DNA from: Vitrella brassicaformis CCMP3155
Lineage: Eukaryota > Protista > Chromerida
NCBI GenBank assembly: GCA_001179505.1
Contig: CDMY01000336.1
Location: 124,001 to 188,000 of the forward strand
Direction of reading: 5' to 3'
Length of the DNA stretch: 64,000 nt
Every line of letters begins with the position of its first letter. The stretch's first letter is position 1. The position numbers and the translations under genes are program-made. Shown in pieces: positions 60,603 to 64,000 of the stretch. The notes under the pieces were generated by a model, which was given only the letters and a program-made list of their open reading frames with translations, was not told the DNA's origin and ran no database searches.

Positions 60603-63600
60603 TCACCAGATGTCCTCCTCGAAACCCCAAACCTGCACACACACACACGCGACGGCCACACACCTTAGAAAGCACCTCAATGCGCCAGACGAGCAATCGT
60701 GTGGTACCTGGAATGTCTTGACGATGAAGTCCTCCGATGACGCCAGCACGGGGTTGTCGAAGGTGGCGCACGGAGACGACGATCCTGACCGATGCACAGA
60801 CAGACAGATGGCACATGTCCGAGCATGGGCATCGATCGCATCATGGCAGTCAATCTGTGCGTACTGGCTGACCTCTGAGGAACTCACTGTCCACAATCAA
60901 CGCGTAATGACCCCTGCACACACACACACACACACACACACATGCCATCTGGTCTCTCTGCTCCTTCTCCTTCATCGCTGTGGTATGGATGGCTGACTGA
61001 CCCGCCGCCCACAGCGATGATTTTGTCGTCTGAGAAAAGGAAGAAGTCGTTGCGGCCCGTCCAGAAGAAGGCACGGAGAGGCGGCAGGTGGCGGCGACCA
61101 ACAGACATCTTGGTGGTGGCACGCCGCGCCTCCAACGCATCGATCTCCTGCTCCTCCCCCGCCGCCCCAGCCCCCTCTGCCGCCTCTCCCGGTGCGCTGG
61201 ATGGCGCAGACATGGCCACCACTGCCGGCATGGACAGGTGCTTGTGGATGCTGCCGTGGTCGAGCTGGTGCTGCTGGTAGCTGTCCGTCGTGGGCGTCAG
61301 CTGCTGCTGCAGGTCGGCTGCATGCTCCTCGCGGAAGGTGAAGACGAACGTCTCGCCTGTGTGTGGAGCGCACAGACACAGGTGAAAGGGCATGTGAGCT
61401 AGCTGTGAGGTGGGGTGTGTGTGAGTGTGAAGGGGCTGCTCAGCTCACCCGTGCCGTAGTACTTGGACGCGTGGCGGAACGGCTCCGAACAGTACGCACC
61501 GAACACCTGAACCGGATGAGCGACACATCGACGAGTCCGTGTCTGTGTGTCGTCAGTGTGATTGACCTACCGTTCCGCCCATGTCCTCGATGAGCAGCAC
61601 ACACGGCCCCTTGTCCTCCAAATTGCGGTAAAACCTATGCACAGACACAACAGCACCATAGATGCATGTGTGTGATGACTGTCGACAAGGGTGTGGATGT
61701 GTGTGTGCGTACGTCTGCAGCGATATGCCTGAGAATTTGAGGCCGTACAGAAGCGACCACCGACGGAAGGCCAGCCGTGGGGGCAGGTTGGCGGAGATCT
61801 GATGCACGATATAAGGCGTCAGCAGCGACGCCGCATTCTCTGAACAAATGCGCAAACACGAGACAACGACCCCCAATCAAGACCCGGCTGCTTGTCTGGC
61901 TGCGTCATATATATACCTGGTACATCGAATCTGGTCAGTGCGGACATCTCTGACCTCACACTCGACCGGCGGCTGCCCTGGGCCTCCAGCGGCAGGTCGC
62001 TGTAGTCCACCACACCCTTGCCCTTCTTGACCACCGAATGGTGGCCCGTGTCGACATCATGCGACTGCGCCCTCACCGGCGCCCCCTGTGCGGAGGGGGC
62101 CTCGTGCCGCTGCTGCTGCTGCTGGCCCTCTTCCCGCTCCCGCTCTTGCTGTTCTTCGAGATCTCCGTCGCTCACTGCTCGGCTGATGGCCCTGCAACAA
62201 GCAAAGGGCGGGCGGCAGCTGCAGCTTAGGCGAGAGGCCCCTTGTTTGGCGTGATGGTGAGTAGATGGGGGTGGATGTTTGACATTATGGTGGGTGGGAG
62301 TGGGGGTGGGAGTGGCCCTGCCCTGCTTCACTTGAGACCTTTTTTGGTTCTCCTCCTCCTCCAGGCAGATCTCGTCCGACTCCACCGGGGGCAGCAGGTG
62401 GGCCAAGGGCAGGGGGCCGGAAAGGGACTGCCGGGTGGCTACAGGCAGACAGAGAGACGACGCACCAACAGTGAATGAATGGATGAATGGATCATGCGAG
62501 CATGACACACACGGACCGTGGGGGCCGCCTGGGGTACCTACCTAGCGATGCGAAGGGTATAGAGGTGAGAGTGAAGGTCTCAAGCGATGAGTCCTTCCCC
62601 TCCAGCGACTTCTGCGAAGAAAGATGCAACAAAACGCAGCCACACACATTAATACATTATTACGTGCCCGGGAACCCCCCTCTGTCTGTGAGTGCGTATT
62701 TGCTGACTGACTTGGCAGAGGTCGATGTAGTCGACCAGCCGCTGGGTGAGGGCGTGCAGCTTGTCCTTGTCCGGCAGCTGACACACACACAACCAACCAC
62801 CGTCCTCACAATAGGCGTGTGCATGATATCCTCTCCTCTCCCCTTCTCCTTCCCCTCTCACCCGAAACACAACATGGTGCGGCCCCCCCGGCCGCGGCGA
62901 TGTGGTGGTCGATTTGTCTGGCGTCTTGGACCCCATCGACAGGGGCGACAGGAACGACCCCGTCGTGTGACTCAGCCGCACCTTGAAGCTACCACCCAGT
63001 ATCCGCCCCACGCCACTCAGCCCCAGCCCCCCCAACCCACCCTCTTGCGCCGGCTCCTCCACACCCGACACAGCCACCGATGTGCGCGCAGACGGTTGCT
63101 CTGGTGCGCCACGCGTCTCGACCCCGTCCTTGAAGCTGACGCCTTTGGCGGATTTCGCCAGGTCTGTGTGTGGTGAGAGGGAGTCGGTGGGCTGCTCGAC
63201 GGAGGGTGTGAGGTCGATGGGCGGTGGTGGGAGGGGAGGGTGTGGGGACCTGTCACGGTCCCCCATGGCAGAGGTGCGGGAACGGCTGGGGACGGGGGAC
63301 ACAGACGCCCGCTCGCCACGCTGCCGGCGACTCGAGCTGCGACTCCGGCTGCGAGCACTGAGACATAGAGAGAGAGGAATAAGGAAAGAGGCAGTTGAGA
63401 ACCTGAGCCATGTGTGTGGGGGTAGGTAGACATTCTGCTGACTGACCTGCCGTCGAGTGTGCGCACGACAACGTGTAGGTAGTAGACCCGCTCAGTGGAT
63501 GGAGCCAAACCTGCAGCGACCACCAGATGGACACACGGCCAGCCAGAAGATTCTCCTGCGGCTCAGGTGTGTAAGTGAGGCTGTGGTGCAGCGCTGACTG

Positions 63601-64000
63601 ACCTTCCACTGCTCGTGCTTCCGACCTCGGGACACTGACGGCCCCGCACTCCAGTATGTCCCTCATGTCAATGTACACCTGAAAGGTACCGATCCCGCGA
63701 CTGGCAACGTGACCCGAGCGGGGATCTGACACGACACACAACATAACCACACACATGCATGTGCTTACCGCATGGCTATGACCATGAGCCGGCCGATGTG
63801 GCTGGCTGCTGTTGTTGGCTCACTCGCTCACCGGGTTCGAAAGTGACAGCAACTTTTGACACGGTGAGTATGCCAGGCACCTCTAGATCAGGGGTGCAGT
63901 ACAGCGCGCTCTCTGAGGTCACACACGCATGGAACACACACAGAGATACACCGAATGCAGCACCGTGGCTGGTTCCCTCACCCTTGGCTGCTTCCATGGT
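60603..64000 (-). CDS. TLDc-domain protein (OXR1/NCOA7-like) with N-terminal GRAM-like region; 5' end outside the window
   Basis: WSLLYGLKFSGISLQT|FYRNL, VFGAYCSEP, YYGT|GETFVF, WTGRNDFF, IAVGGG|GHYAL, CATFDNPVL, VWGF*; upstream GILTVSKVAVTFEP and IDMRDILEC. Confidence 0.88.

Noticed and set aside
1-64000. tRNA, rRNA, snRNA or dinoflagellate-type spliced-leader sequences
   Set aside because: No cloverleaf, rRNA-like or spliced-leader (CCGTAGCCATTTTGGCTCAAG) match noticed by eye; tRNAscan-SE/Infernal would be needed to exclude them formally.

Overview
Intron-rich, GC-rich eukaryotic genomic DNA with (AC)n/(GT)n, (AGAC)n and (CATC)n microsatellites in most introns. Intron style, bipartite plastid presequences and two characteristic expanded gene families point to the chromerid alga Vitrella brassicaformis (inference). 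I reconstruct about 24 protein-coding loci: an LRR/EF-hand-like protein, a MYND + degenerate cyclophilin fusion, plastid bL28, a secreted LpqC-type esterase, a BTB protein, a secreted cellobiose 2-epimerase-family enzyme, a PTB/hnRNP-L-like protein, LMBR1, ERG2/sigma-1, a TPR protein, a cryptochrome, GSKIP, a NYN+SUZ protein, plastid lipoyl synthase, rhodanese, an ankyrin-family protein, a GNAT-like + PhyH dioxygenase, TrmH, a TLDc protein, and two copies of a lineage-specific family (one frameshifted). Gene boundaries were spliced by eye and are approximate. Main leads: (1) a large, probably nuclear GNAT-like/2OG-Fe(II) dioxygenase; (2) near-universal head-to-head gene pairing with a recurrent AGCTCGC motif just upstream of start codons; (3) a ~130 nt near-perfect intergenic foldback; (4) a PTB-like gene spliced into a decayed paralog; (5) AC-5'/GT-3' polarity within introns. 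No rRNA, tRNA, CRISPR array or intact transposase was recognised. There is a 300-N assembly gap at 8006-8305.
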